Source: Chitinophaga pinensis (GTDB lineage: Bacteria > Bacteroidota > Bacteroidia > NS11-12g > UBA955). From it: a DNA stretch of 64,000 nt. Positions 39,051 through 49,341 of this stretch are shown here, in pieces. The first letter of the stretch is position 1. Each line of letters starts with the position of its first letter. The stretch spans positions 197,861 through 261,860 of the forward strand of contig CAMDUE010000002.1 in assembly GCA_945877575.1 (NCBI GenBank), read 5' to 3'. The translations under genes were made by a program, and so were the position numbers. The notes below the pieces were generated by a model that did not search any database, was not told the DNA's origin, and saw only the letters and a program-made list of their open reading frames with translations.

Positions 39051-42000
39051 ATGCGTTGCAACTTTGCATCGAACCTTTATTCAAATCTTATGAAAAACTC
39101 GTACACTTTAAAAATCGAGGGCGTGAAGCCCGGAACCAAACGCCTCAAAGGCATGGCAATGGCATTATTATTAGGAATGGGAATCCCATTGAAGGCCCAA
39201 ACCTTTTTAGATGATTATCTGCAAAAGTTTAAGAAAGTTCAACCATCGCATGGATATTTATTGGAAAGTTTGGCTCCGCGATTCGATGCCGATGGCTATG
39301 CCTCAGATCCTCAATCGAAGGAAGCTGATTATTTGGTTGGATCGGAAGCGGTGAGAATGGCATTGATACAGAAGTATGGACTTGCCGAATATGATTACAG
39401 AGACAGCCTTCGAAGGGTATTGGAAGCAAAATATCTCTCTGAAGATGTGGTTCCCATCACCATTGTTGATATGATGTTTCAGAAAATCAATCCCATTTTA
39501 TCAAATGCAGGTCGATTAGAATATGATGATGATAGCAATTATGTGTTTAATTTAACTGGATTCACTGGTAATAAATACAAGGAACAATACATGTTGGTAG
39601 GGCATATTCCGGTGGAACAGCTTCGATGGGATCAAACCAAGTTTGTATTAGATAGCAATTTAATTCTGAGTAATTTTTCTGGCCAACCTTCAAAGCTGGG
39701 TTGGACTATGGTTGTCAATGGAAAGGAATTTCCGATACAGTTGAATGTACCCATGGAATTTCCTAAAGATTTGACAGGTTATAAATTTGAAATTAAAGCT
39801 GAAGTTGATTCTGGGAATGTGCGTTTGAAGGGAATAGGAATACCGCTGTGGAAATCACCAATGGTAGTGAAATTATGGGCGAAAATGGCACGTAAGGTAA
39901 ATCCATATCACAGCGATTTACCAAAAGTAGATGATCAAAATATCAGCATACATTTCTTTGAATTAGATGGAGTGAAAGCGCCTTGGAGAAAGGCCATGTA
40001 CACCATACACAAAGGTTTAGACGAATATGGTAAGCCAAGAATTTGCATGGCCAAGCCCCTAATATTGGTTGAAGGCATTGATTACGGTTACAAGGATTAT
40101 CCGAAGGGATTGAGAGACAATAAATACGGAGAGAATGGTTATGTAGACCTTCTGAAGGGAAAGACTTGGAATGTTCCAGCCCAATTGTGGGAAGACTGGG
40201 AGTCCATCAAAGATGCACCGCAAGTAATAGATCGATTGAGGAAAGAGGGATTTGATGTGGTTTACGTTGATTTTTACGACGGTGCGGAAGACATGAATTA
40301 CAATGCGGAGGTGTTGATTGGAGTGATGCAAGAGTTGCAGCGCTTATCGTGTGGAAATGAAATGCATGTAGTGGGTGTCAGCATGGGGGGAACAGTTGCG
40401 AAGCGGGCTTTGCGCTTAATGGAGCTTCGCAACATTCCTTCATGTGTTACCAGTTTTACTTCGTTTGATGCGCCTTACCAGGGTGCCAATTTACCACTCG
40501 GACTACAGCACGGGGTGCGTTATTTAAGAAATTCAGTAGGAGAATGCAATGATCTATTTCACCGAGTATTGAGACGTCCGGCAACATTGCAATTATTGGC
40601 TAATCATGAAAGTTCCAATTACAGAGGAGCTGAATACCGTAAACTTTGGATTAGGGAGGATTCGTTGTATGGGGGTTATCCCAAAAAACCTTGGTTATTT
40701 GCCATCACCAATGGCGGTAGCGGAGGAAAAGAAAGTCGTCAGAAATATGATAACACCACCTTTTTGGAACCCGGCATGACCATGTCGAGATTGAGTTTCA
40801 ACTTCATGGTTGCCTTGGGAATGGTGAATAACTACATCTACGATATATACGCAGAGAACTTTTACGATCGCAACAAAAAGGAATATTATTCAGGAAGAAT
40901 TCATTTTTTGTCAACCTTTAAATCGCACAAAGACAATCATTTATACGATCATGTTCAAGGTTCTTATGTAAAGAAACTGGGTTTCATGAAGAGTTTGACA
41001 AAGATTCCATTTTTTAAAGTTCCCTTTTTAACTGAGCAAATGTGTTTTGTTCCAACCATCAGTGCTTTGGATATTACCAAGGGCAATGCAGATGTTTCAG
41101 AGTTGAGTTTTGGTTTAAAAGACAGTGTTTTTGGACAAATATTGACTCAAGATTTGAAAACACCTTTCCATCAGGTTTACATACCCAAATCAAATCAGCC
41201 CCACGTTAAATTGGACAATTCCAAGGGAGGCAATATTGAGTGGTTGATAGGAAAATTGAAGTCAATTTCTCCATCGGAGATGCCCGTAGTTTTGAAGTAT
41301 GATTACAATGTAAGAAAAACTCACGAGCGTGCTTTTGCCAATGTAACAGTGAGGGGAGAGGCTTCTTTTGAGATAAACGGTGTGGGCAATAATCCTAAAA
41401 TTAGTACATCCGAAGAGAAGCAAAACAGAACCTTTGAAGTTAGAGATTTTTATGTTGGACAATGCGGTGGGTCTTGGTGGCAGGCGTTTGACAGTTCTAC
41501 TTTAGGATTGGGGCAACATATACAAGCGACAGTCTTAAGGGTTGGTTCTGGAAGCAGGGTAGACTTAAACGACCGAAGCAAATTTTTAGTGTCGGCAGGA
41601 AATAACAAATTAATTTTAGAAAAAGGCAGTCACTTGCAAATTGATGAAAATGCATCTTTGGTTATTGAAAATGGATCACAAGTAATTATTGAAGAGGGTG
41701 CTGAATTGATTTTTAAGAAAAAGGGTCAATTGATTTTAGATGGTCCGAATGCCATGTTGCATATTAAAGGTGATTTAATCTTAGACTCTGGAGTGGTTTT
41801 CGAACCCAAAAAGAGATGGAAGCAAGAGGTTGGATTGGTAAAATTCTCAGCACATGGATACGGTTATGGAAATGCACAGATATTGTCTAGAGATGAAGAA
41901 GTAGAATTGATCTTCAACGGAAACGGCAAGAAGGGTTCAAAGAATTTGCAAATCGAGGGAACGGTTGATTTCAGTGGCAAGGCTGGTGGTAAGGAGGTGA

Positions 42001-43244
42001 GGAGTTTGACAATTGATCGTTCTCAGGTTTGCTTTGCGCCGAGTTCTAAGTTATTCACCACCAGCTCATTGATTTTGATGGAATCGAAGTTTGACAAGGT
42101 TGAATGGGCGAGTAAGACTGCGGGAATCATTCAACACAAAGGGTCCTATTTTTATGCTAAGAATGTTGATTTCATTCATATGGATACTGCATTGATATAC
42201 GAATCAAAGTCAAACTTAGATGTTGCAAATTGTGAATTTGAGGAGAATTGGGTGGGTTTGTATTTGAATTATTACAATCCCAACGTAAGAAACTGCAAAT
42301 TCGAGAAGAATCACAACGCCTTGATCGTGAATATGATCATCAAAGATTTTAGCGTTCAAGAATGTGAATTCAAGAAGAATCAGACGGGATTGAAGATGAT
42401 GAATGATCGTGTTTGGATGGGTCGTGGTTATATTGAAAGCAGTTTGTTTCAGGAAAACTGGATTGGAGTTGATGCGCTGAAGGTAGACCTTACGTTAAAG
42501 TGCAACAGATTTGATTCAGATGCTTATTCTATTGTTCATTCGGGCGGTTATTTGAGAATGGATCATGACTCAAAATGGCAGAACGACGGGTTATTGAAGT
42601 CGGTCATTGGCGGATACAATGTTTTTGTGAATCCAAAGTATACTGGCATCAAATTGGATAACACTGAGCTATTCGCTGATGGTATGAATTATTTCTTCTA
42701 CAATAAGAAAAAGTACACCGGAACTGCATTTATTGAAGGAAGGGCATACGTTGATGAGAATGCAGATTATTACAACAATCAGAATGGTGAAGTTTCATTG
42801 GGAAGAAACATATGGAAGCCTATTTCTGATGAATTTGTAGCTGATAGTTTGAATCTTCAATTTGTGAGATTACACAGAAATGCCGATGGAAGTGGTGTTG
42901 TGAAAGTAACGGGAAAATTGGAGAAGACTTATCCTTCAGAAGCATGTTACAGTGCAAAAAAGCCTGAGGATTTGGATGGAATGAAGAGCACCTCGCCGAA
43001 TGGAGGTTCATTTGTTGGGGATGAGATTGAAGCGCCTAAATGGAAGGTAGTAAACGGCTTGGTTGTACTAGAGGTTGAGGAAGAGATGTTGGTGGAAGTG
43101 TACAACAGCAACGGTGTAAGGGTTTACCGTGGAAGAATCACTCCTGATACTTCTGAAATACCCTTAAGTACGGGAATTTACTTTCTGAGCACTCAAGTAG
43201 GTGGGGTTATTTCCACTCAAAAGATTGCAGTGTTAGAGGAGTAA
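39051..43244 (+). CDS. Large T9SS-secreted alpha/beta-hydrolase with beta-helix region
   Basis: Signal peptide (..LLLGMGIPLKAQ), KPLILVEGID, GVSMGG nucleophile elbow, FDAPYQGANLP, beta-helix repeats, T9SS-like CTD (VYNSNG..GIYF...TQKI). True start probably 39090 or later. Confidence 0.75.
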   Translation: MRCNFASNLYSNLMKNSYTLKIEGVKPGTKRLKGMAMALLLGMGIPLKAQTFLDDYLQKFKKVQPSHGYLLESLAPRFDADGYASDPQSKEADYLVGSEAVRMALIQKYGLAEYDYRDSLRRVLEAKYLSEDVVPITIVDMMFQKINPILSNAGRLEYDDDSNYVFNLTGFTGNKYKEQYMLVGHIPVEQLRWDQTKFVLDSNLILSNFSGQPSKLGWTMVVNGKEFPIQLNVPMEFPKDLTGYKFEIKAEVDSGNVRLKGIGIPLWKSPMVVKLWAKMARKVNPYHSDLPKVDDQNISIHFFELDGVKAPWRKAMYTIHKGLDEYGKPRICMAKPLILVEGIDYGYKDYPKGLRDNKYGENGYVDLLKGKTWNVPAQLWEDWESIKDAPQVIDRLRKEGFDVVYVDFYDGAEDMNYNAEVLIGVMQELQRLSCGNEMHVVGVSMGGTVAKRALRLMELRNIPSCVTSFTSFDAPYQGANLPLGLQHGVRYLRNSVGECNDLFHRVLRRPATLQLLANHESSNYRGAEYRKLWIREDSLYGGYPKKPWLFAITNGGSGGKESRQKYDNTTFLEPGMTMSRLSFNFMVALGMVNNYIYDIYAENFYDRNKKEYYSGRIHFLSTFKSHKDNHLYDHVQGSYVKKLGFMKSLTKIPFFKVPFLTEQMCFVPTISALDITKGNADVSELSFGLKDSVFGQILTQDLKTPFHQVYIPKSNQPHVKLDNSKGGNIEWLIGKLKSISPSEMPVVLKYDYNVRKTHERAFANVTVRGEASFEINGVGNNPKISTSEEKQNRTFEVRDFYVGQCGGSWWQAFDSSTLGLGQHIQATVLRVGSGSRVDLNDRSKFLVSAGNNKLILEKGSHLQIDENASLVIENGSQVIIEEGAELIFKKKGQLILDGPNAMLHIKGDLILDSGVVFEPKKRWKQEVGLVKFSAHGYGYGNAQILSRDEEVELIFNGNGKKGSKNLQIEGTVDFSGKAGGKEVRSLTIDRSQVCFAPSSKLFTTSSLILMESKFDKVEWASKTAGIIQHKGSYFYAKNVDFIHMDTALIYESKSNLDVANCEFEENWVGLYLNYYNPNVRNCKFEKNHNALIVNMIIKDFSVQECEFKKNQTGLKMMNDRVWMGRGYIESSLFQENWIGVDALKVDLTLKCNRFDSDAYSIVHSGGYLRMDHDSKWQNDGLLKSVIGGYNVFVNPKYTGIKLDNTELFADGMNYFFYNKKKYTGTAFIEGRAYVDENADYYNNQNGEVSLGRNIWKPISDEFVADSLNLQFVRLHRNADGSGVVKVTGKLEKTYPSEACYSAKKPEDLDGMKSTSPNGGSFVGDEIEAPKWKVVNGLVVLEVEEEMLVEVYNSNGVRVYRGRITPDTSEIPLSTGIYFLSTQVGGVISTQKIAVLEE

Positions 43245-43259
43245 TTCTTGGTAGGTTAG

Positions 43260-43315
43260 ACCGAAGCAACTGAGTGAAATTGATTGGTGGAGAGAAGGTT
43301 GCTTCGGTTTTTTTT
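43260..43315 (+). terminator. Terminator-like hairpin with long loop
   Basis: accgaagcaac-N27-gttgcttcggt followed by a T tract. Confidence 0.6.
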
Positions 43316-43393
43316 AGTAAATAAACGGTTAAAATAACATACAGTTGAAAATGAAGGGGTTATCACTCGGTTGGTTAGTTGTAATTTTGGAGA

Positions 43394-44830
43394 ATGAAAT
43401 TAACCTTTTGGGGTGCAGCTCAACAAGTAACGGGAAGTATGCATTTGGTAGAGTTGGAAAGCGGCACGAAAATTTTGATAGACTGCGGACTAGATTACGA
43501 GAATAGAAAAGAGTTTGAAGATAAGAATGCTTCTTTTCCCTTCAAGGCAGCAGATATTGACTTATTGATATTAACACACGCACATATTGATCATTCAGGA
43601 AATGTCCCCAACTTAATCAAGCAAGGATTTTCTGGAAGGGTATTTTGTTCGGGTCCAACTTTAGAATTGAGTGGGTATTTGTTGCAAGACAGTTTAAACA
43701 TCCAGATGATGGAAGTGAGGAAGAAAAGGAAGATTTATTTCCGAAACAAAAAGAAGAAAACTGCCAAGGGTGGAGTTCCAGAGGCTTTATACAATAAGTC
43801 TCACATTGAAGATTTTGTGGAAATGGCTTATGCAATGGAACCAGGTCAAGTTTATGAATATAATGAAGAATTGAAGTTAGAGTTTTTCCCTTCAGGACAT
43901 ATTTTGGGAGCGATAAGTGTAAAAATCAGCGCTTTTGAGAACGGAGATTGGATTCATTTAGGACTAACGGGCGACTTAGGTAATACCAATTCCAAATTGG
44001 TTCCTGATCCAGAGTTTATGCACGGCCTCGATTATTTGGTTTCAGAAAGCACTTATGGCGGTAGAAAGCACTTAAACGAGCCCGAAAAGGCGGAAGAGAT
44101 AATGTTGAGAGAAGTGATGGATACTTGTGTGGAGCGAAAAGGAAAATTGGTGATTCCTGCTTTTTCTGTTGGTAGAACACAGGCTATTTTATTCACTTTG
44201 AATCAGTTGTATCAAGATGGAAAATTCCCTAAGGTTAAGGTGTTTACAGATAGTCCTTTAGCCATTAAATCTACCCGAATTTATCAAAATTACACTGAGT
44301 TTTTGAATGAGGAAGCGCAAGAATTCTCAAGAAAACACGGCAGTTTGTTTAGTTTCCCTTTGTTGCATGTGGTGGAAGATGAGCGTGAAAGTGAATACTT
44401 AAGTGTATTGCCTGAGCCTTGTGTTATTGTATCGGCGGCGGGTATGGTTGAAGGTGGAAGAATTCAGATGCACGTTCGAAATAATGTTGGACACCCAGAA
44501 AACACCATTTTAATTGCTGGATTTTGTGCAGAAAATACGTTGGGAGATCGATTATTAAAAGGACAAAGCTTCGTTGAAATCAATCAAAAGGAACGTCCGG
44601 TGCACGCTGCAATTAGACGTACTGATGTATTTTCAGCACATCCTGATCACGCGCAATTGGTAAACTATTTTGAAGAAACACAAAAAAGGGGCAATCTTAA
44701 GAAGCTGTTTTTAGTACATGGAGATAAATATCAGATGCAACTATTGAAAACGGATTTGGATGGAAATGCTGATTTTGTGAATGTAGAAGTTGAGACGCCT
44801 TTGCGTGGACAACAGTTTATATTGAATTAA
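43394..44830 (+). CDS. MBL-fold beta-CASP ribonuclease (YSH1/CPSF73-like)
   Basis: VTGS.H, DCG, THAHIDHSG, GHILG, GDLG, ESTYG, PAFSVGRTQ, SAHPD, VHG. Confidence 0.92.
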   Translation: MKLTFWGAAQQVTGSMHLVELESGTKILIDCGLDYENRKEFEDKNASFPFKAADIDLLILTHAHIDHSGNVPNLIKQGFSGRVFCSGPTLELSGYLLQDSLNIQMMEVRKKRKIYFRNKKKKTAKGGVPEALYNKSHIEDFVEMAYAMEPGQVYEYNEELKLEFFPSGHILGAISVKISAFENGDWIHLGLTGDLGNTNSKLVPDPEFMHGLDYLVSESTYGGRKHLNEPEKAEEIMLREVMDTCVERKGKLVIPAFSVGRTQAILFTLNQLYQDGKFPKVKVFTDSPLAIKSTRIYQNYTEFLNEEAQEFSRKHGSLFSFPLLHVVEDERESEYLSVLPEPCVIVSAAGMVEGGRIQMHVRNNVGHPENTILIAGFCAENTLGDRLLKGQSFVEINQKERPVHAAIRRTDVFSAHPDHAQLVNYFEETQKRGNLKKLFLVHGDKYQMQLLKTDLDGNADFVNVEVETPLRGQQFILN

Positions 44831-44836
44831 AAAGGT

Positions 44837-45868
44837 ATGGGTACAGCAGGGATTTCATTTATTTTTTTAAGTATAATCTTGCTGTTTTTGCTTTTTGGTT
44901 ATTCGTTAATTAGCGAATTGCGAATTCGCTTTGCGCATGCAGTTGGCACTCGAAAACGAGCAATTTTACCTACTGTGGTAGTTGGGAATTTAACCGTTGG
45001 AGGGTCTGGAAAAACCCCTTTTGTTCAATATTTGTCTCATAAACTGACTAAGAATGCTGTTTTATTGAGAGGATATCGAAGAAAAACCAAGGGTTTTATA
45101 GAGGTAAATTCAATGCATGATGTTCTTGATGTGGGTGATGAGGCATTGGAACATTTTCAACAAGAATTGAAGGTTTTTGTAGGTGAGAATAGAATTGAGG
45201 CGGTTGAAAAGATTCATCAAACAGATAATGATTTAGAATTAGTCATTCTAGATGATGGTCTTCAGCATGTTGCATTGGAACCCCATTATGGGTTGCTTTT
45301 GACGGATTATCAGCATCCGTTTTGGAATGAGAAATTTTCGATTCCATTCGGAAAATTGAGACAATTTAAAAGCTCGGCACATGATTTTGATGCATGGGTA
45401 GTAACAAAATGTCCGTTGAATATTTCTAAAATAGAAATGGATGAAATAAGATCTAAAACAGAAATGCCGGTCTTTTTTGCAAATTACAAAACCAGTGAAC
45501 TAAAGCAATGTTACGGGGCTAAACATCCAGTAGGTGAAGGATTGAAATGGGGATTAATTACTGGAATTGTAAATGGTAGGAGGTTGAGACTAACACTTGA
45601 AAGCAGAGATTTGAATGTTGTTAGACATTGGGAATATTCAGATCATTATTTGTTTGGTAAAGAGGATCTATTTCGTTGGATTGCTGATAGTAAGGATGAA
45701 GGAATAGTTGCTTGGATTTGCAGCAGGAAAGATTTCATGAGAATGAAGACATTGTTAGAAGAAATTGAAGTTGATGTTCCTATTTTTGAGGTACATACGG
45801 AAGTCGAGATTCTTAATTCTGAGGAAGAAGTATTGTTAAATTTAATTAAAGCGAAAACACACAAATGA
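44837..45868 (+). CDS. lpxK: Tetraacyldisaccharide 4'-kinase
   Basis: VGNLTVGGSGKTP, RGYRR, GDE, LDDGLQH, P.G.LR. Confidence 0.9.
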   Translation: MGTAGISFIFLSIILLFLLFGYSLISELRIRFAHAVGTRKRAILPTVVVGNLTVGGSGKTPFVQYLSHKLTKNAVLLRGYRRKTKGFIEVNSMHDVLDVGDEALEHFQQELKVFVGENRIEAVEKIHQTDNDLELVILDDGLQHVALEPHYGLLLTDYQHPFWNEKFSIPFGKLRQFKSSAHDFDAWVVTKCPLNISKIEMDEIRSKTEMPVFFANYKTSELKQCYGAKHPVGEGLKWGLITGIVNGRRLRLTLESRDLNVVRHWEYSDHYLFGKEDLFRWIADSKDEGIVAWICSRKDFMRMKTLLEEIEVDVPIFEVHTEVEILNSEEEVLLNLIKAKTHK

Positions 45869-46341
45869 AAAAGAGAATATCCTATTTATTGGCATTATTA
45901 GTTTTGATGTTGGTATCATGTAAGCCATCTGAGAATATAGTTTTTGAGGAGTTTCAAGAGGTAAATGCAAATGGTTGGAATTGGAAAGAAGGTAATACTT
46001 TTGAATTTGAAATAACGGATGATCAACATTATTATACGTTGCTTACGGGATTGAGAGTAACAACTCAATATTCGTACAGCAATATTTGGTTCATGTATAG
46101 CATTAAGAGTGGTAAAGAGGAGAGAAAAGACCAGTTTCAAATGGTGTTGAGTGATAATTTAGGAAAATGGTTGGGTGATGGAGTGGGTAATTTGATATCC
46201 TTTCAACAGCCATTTTTGCAGAATATTAAATTCAAGAAAGGTAAATACCGGATTGAGTTTAATCAAAATATGCGCGACGAAAATTTGGAAGCGGTAAATA
46301 ATATTGGATTTCAAATTGTAAAAGGACCATTGATATTGTAA
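45865..46341 (+). CDS. gldH: Gliding motility lipoprotein GldH
   Basis: Lipobox VSC; LR....Y.YSNIW, GKWLG.G, G.Y....QNMR. Confidence 0.88.
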   Translation: MKKRISYLLALLVLMLVSCKPSENIVFEEFQEVNANGWNWKEGNTFEFEITDDQHYYTLLTGLRVTTQYSYSNIWFMYSIKSGKEERKDQFQMVLSDNLGKWLGDGVGNLISFQQPFLQNIKFKKGKYRIEFNQNMRDENLEAVNNIGFQIVKGPLIL

Positions 46342-46361
46342 AGAAAACGTGAGGAGGAAAT

Positions 46362-47909
46362 ATGGTTATAAAAGGATTCGCTTCTGCTTTGATAGGGGTA
46401 GAAGCAAAGACAGTCACGGTTGAGGCAAATGCTACAACCACCCCAGATTTTGCAACATTTATTATAGGATTACCGGATGTTTCGGTGCGAGAAAGTTTGT
46501 TTCGGTGTGATGCGGCTATAAGAAATTCTGGCTTTCAGCCGTTGAGGCAGAAAATTGTCATTAATCTAGCACCTGCCGATATTAAGAAAGAAGGCAGTTC
46601 CTATGATTTACCCATTGCTCTAAGCATGTTGGCGGCAGCATTTCAGATTGAAGCCGAACCCTTGGAAAAATTTGTGGTTTTAGGTGAGTTGGGTTTAGAT
46701 GGTAGCGTATTACCTATTCGAGGTGCTTTGCCTATGGCAATTCAGGCTTTGAAGGAGAAATTCAAAGGGGTTATTGTTCCTATTCAGAATGCTTTAGAGG
46801 CCGCTATAGTCAAAGACATTGAGGTTTATGGGGTACACAATTTGAGAGAGGCAGTTGATGTACTTGAAGGTCGGGGCAACATCAAAAGGGCAATTGCTGA
46901 TCCCCGAGGGGATTATGAAGCAGCTATTGAGGAGGTTGAGTTTGATTTTTCTCAGGTAGTTGGCCAGGAGCATGCGAAGCGAGCATTGGAAATTGCCGTT
47001 GCTGGCGGACATAATGCGCTGATGTTTGGTCCTCCAGGAACAGGAAAAACCATGATGGCGCGTTGTTTGCCGGGAATTATGCCACCAATGAGTTTGGTAG
47101 AGGCTTTAGAGATTACGAAAATTCATTCTATTGCTGGGAAGTTGGCTGAAAATGCCAAATTGATGGCAAAAAGACCGTTTCGTTCACCTCACCATTCATT
47201 GACAGAGCACGGATTGATTGGTGGTGGGAATCAAGCGTTGCCAGGAGAAATTACTTTGGCTCACAATGGGGTGCTTTTTTTGGATGAAATTCCTGAATTC
47301 AAGAGACCGGTATTAGAACTTTTAAGACAACCTTTGGAGGAACGGAAAATTACGCTGAATAGAACAAAATATTCGATTGATTATCCGGCGTCGTTTATGC
47401 TTATTGGAAGTATGAACCCTTGTCCTTGTGGTTACAACGGTCATCCCACCAAGGAGTGCACGTGTGCACCTGGGAATATTGCGAGGTACATGAGTAAAAT
47501 TTCTGGACCGTTATTGGACCGAATGGATATTCACGTGGAGGTTTCATCTATTGATGCGGAGAGGGTTGTGAATGGTGAAGATTCAGAAAGTAGTGCGGAG
47601 ATCAGGAAGAGGGTTGTTCAAGCAAGACAGTTCCAGTTGGAAAGGTATAAGAAGGCAGGATTGAGTTTTCGAACGAATGCCGAACTCACGGTTAACCATG
47701 TTCGGGAGGTTTGTAAAATACCCCAGACAGCGGAATTATTGTTGAAGGCTGCTATACAGAAATTGGGATTGAGCGTAAGAGCTCATGATCGAATATTAAA
47801 ATTGAGCAGAACCATTGCTGATTTGGAGCAATTGGAAGACATTCAATTGGAACACGTGGCCGAAGCCATCCATTTAAGAGGATTAGATAGAGAATCTACC
47901 GGGAATTAG
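46362..47909 (+). CDS. YifB/ComM Mg-chelatase-like AAA ATPase
   Basis: GLPD, NLAPAD.KKEGS.YDLP, GPPGTGKT, PFRSPHH, GEI.LAHNGVLFLDE, NPCPCG, SGPLLDR. Confidence 0.93.
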   Translation: MVIKGFASALIGVEAKTVTVEANATTTPDFATFIIGLPDVSVRESLFRCDAAIRNSGFQPLRQKIVINLAPADIKKEGSSYDLPIALSMLAAAFQIEAEPLEKFVVLGELGLDGSVLPIRGALPMAIQALKEKFKGVIVPIQNALEAAIVKDIEVYGVHNLREAVDVLEGRGNIKRAIADPRGDYEAAIEEVEFDFSQVVGQEHAKRALEIAVAGGHNALMFGPPGTGKTMMARCLPGIMPPMSLVEALEITKIHSIAGKLAENAKLMAKRPFRSPHHSLTEHGLIGGGNQALPGEITLAHNGVLFLDEIPEFKRPVLELLRQPLEERKITLNRTKYSIDYPASFMLIGSMNPCPCGYNGHPTKECTCAPGNIARYMSKISGPLLDRMDIHVEVSSIDAERVVNGEDSESSAEIRKRVVQARQFQLERYKKAGLSFRTNAELTVNHVREVCKIPQTAELLLKAAIQKLGLSVRAHDRILKLSRTIADLEQLEDIQLEHVAEAIHLRGLDRESTGN

Positions 47910-48688
47910 CGCCCTTTAAATTCAGGTTTGCGTTTTTCATTGAAGGCGGTTACACCTTCTTTGTAATCTTCAGATCTACCGGCAATTTCTTGGCAATATG
48001 CTTCGTATTGGAGCATGGTGTCAAGGTCAGAATGTGCAGCTTTATTGAGCATTTGCTTGATCATGCCAATTGATTTAGTGGGCGCCAATGCATAATACTG
48101 GGCAATTTGATCAATGGTTTCATCAAAAGATTCATCTGTACAAACACGGTTAATTAATCCCCATTCTAGGGCTTGTTGAGCTGAGATTTTTGGGGCCATG
48201 GTAGCCATTTCGAAAGCTCTTGCGGGGCTGATGGCTTTTGGCAAAAAGTAACTGCTGCCACTATCGGGAACTAAACCAACATTAACAAACACTTCAATGA
48301 GAGAGGCTTTTTCATTTGCAACAATAAAATCACAGGCTAAGGCAAGAGATGCGCCAGCGCCAGCTGCTACTCCATTGAGTCTGCAAATGATGGGCTTAGG
48401 AAGCTCTCTCATGGCTTTAATGATGGGATTGTAGCGTTTGTATAGACTATCGGAAAGTGATCTGTTTTTGGATCCTGCTATGGCTTTAAGATCTTGCCCG
48501 CTGCAAAAAGCTTTTCCTGCACCGGTAAGAACTATAACGCGGACTTCAGAATCTTTTTTAACTTCCTTTAGAACTGCTTGGAGGTCATAGCTCTGTTCAT
48601 CGTTGAAGGCATTGAAAACATCGGGGCGGTTCAAAGTAACGTAGGCTACGGAACCCTTTTTTTCGTACAAAACGCAGGTCAAGTCCAT
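47906..48688 (-). CDS. Enoyl-CoA hydratase/isomerase (PaaG-like)
   Basis: LNRPD..NA, FCSGQDL, NGVAAGAG.SLALACD, GLVPDSG. Confidence 0.92.
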   Translation of the reverse strand: MDLTCVLYEKKGSVAYVTLNRPDVFNAFNDEQSYDLQAVLKEVKKDSEVRVIVLTGAGKAFCSGQDLKAIAGSKNRSLSDSLYKRYNPIIKAMRELPKPIICRLNGVAAGAGASLALACDFIVANEKASLIEVFVNVGLVPDSGSSYFLPKAISPARAFEMATMAPKISAQQALEWGLINRVCTDESFDETIDQIAQYYALAPTKSIGMIKQMLNKAAHSDLDTMLQYEAYCQEIAGRSEDYKEGVTAFNEKRKPEFKGR

Positions 48689-48753
48689 GGTTCAAAGTTA
48701 AGTCAGGGAATTTAAATGTGCTATTAGAGAATTGGAATAACCATGAATTAAGA

Positions 48754-49332
48754 CTAACGCCATAAACTATAGGCCCATTGATTGATGAAAACAATTGCAA
48801 TGCCCATGGTGAATCCAGCAATTAGTTCAATGGGGGTATGTGCTTTTACTTTGAATCTTGAATATGCTACCAACGCAATTGAGGTTAAGCTGATTAAAAG
48901 TCCTAAGGAAGAAAAAAATAGAGGTTGGTCAAGGGTGAAATAGGCAAGAAATCCTGTAATTGACATTACGTGAATGGAGATTTTGAATTTGAGGTTGTTA
49001 AAAATAAACTGGGTAAGCAATGAGACAAAAATGAGTTGATTCCAAAACTTGAGGGTTTGATCTGAAATAATAAGGAACTGAAAAACAAGTCCACAAGCGG
49101 CTGCAACTGCAACGGTTTTGATGCGCGACGATAATTCAGGAAGGTCAATGCTTTTGGTTTGACCAGATTTCAAAAGATAGATAACAAAAATCAGAGGAAT
49201 TAAAGAATGGAGGATAAGAGAAGCAGTTATACTTGATAATAAAGAATCAGGTATAGGGTTTAGAATGGCTACGCCTATGGTTGCCCAGAGCGCAGGATAG
49301 GTTAAGTAGGATATGATTTTGTACGGATTCAT
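48754..49332 (-). CDS. Membrane protein (PAP2-like)
   Basis: Multiple TMs; KISIH, SR..VKAHT..E...G. Confidence 0.6.
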   Translation of the reverse strand: MNPYKIISYLTYPALWATIGVAILNPIPDSLLSSITASLILHSLIPLIFVIYLLKSGQTKSIDLPELSSRIKTVAVAAACGLVFQFLIISDQTLKFWNQLIFVSLLTQFIFNNLKFKISIHVMSITGFLAYFTLDQPLFFSSLGLLISLTSIALVAYSRFKVKAHTPIELIAGFTMGIAIVFINQWAYSLWR

Positions 49333-49341
49333 ATTTTAAAA

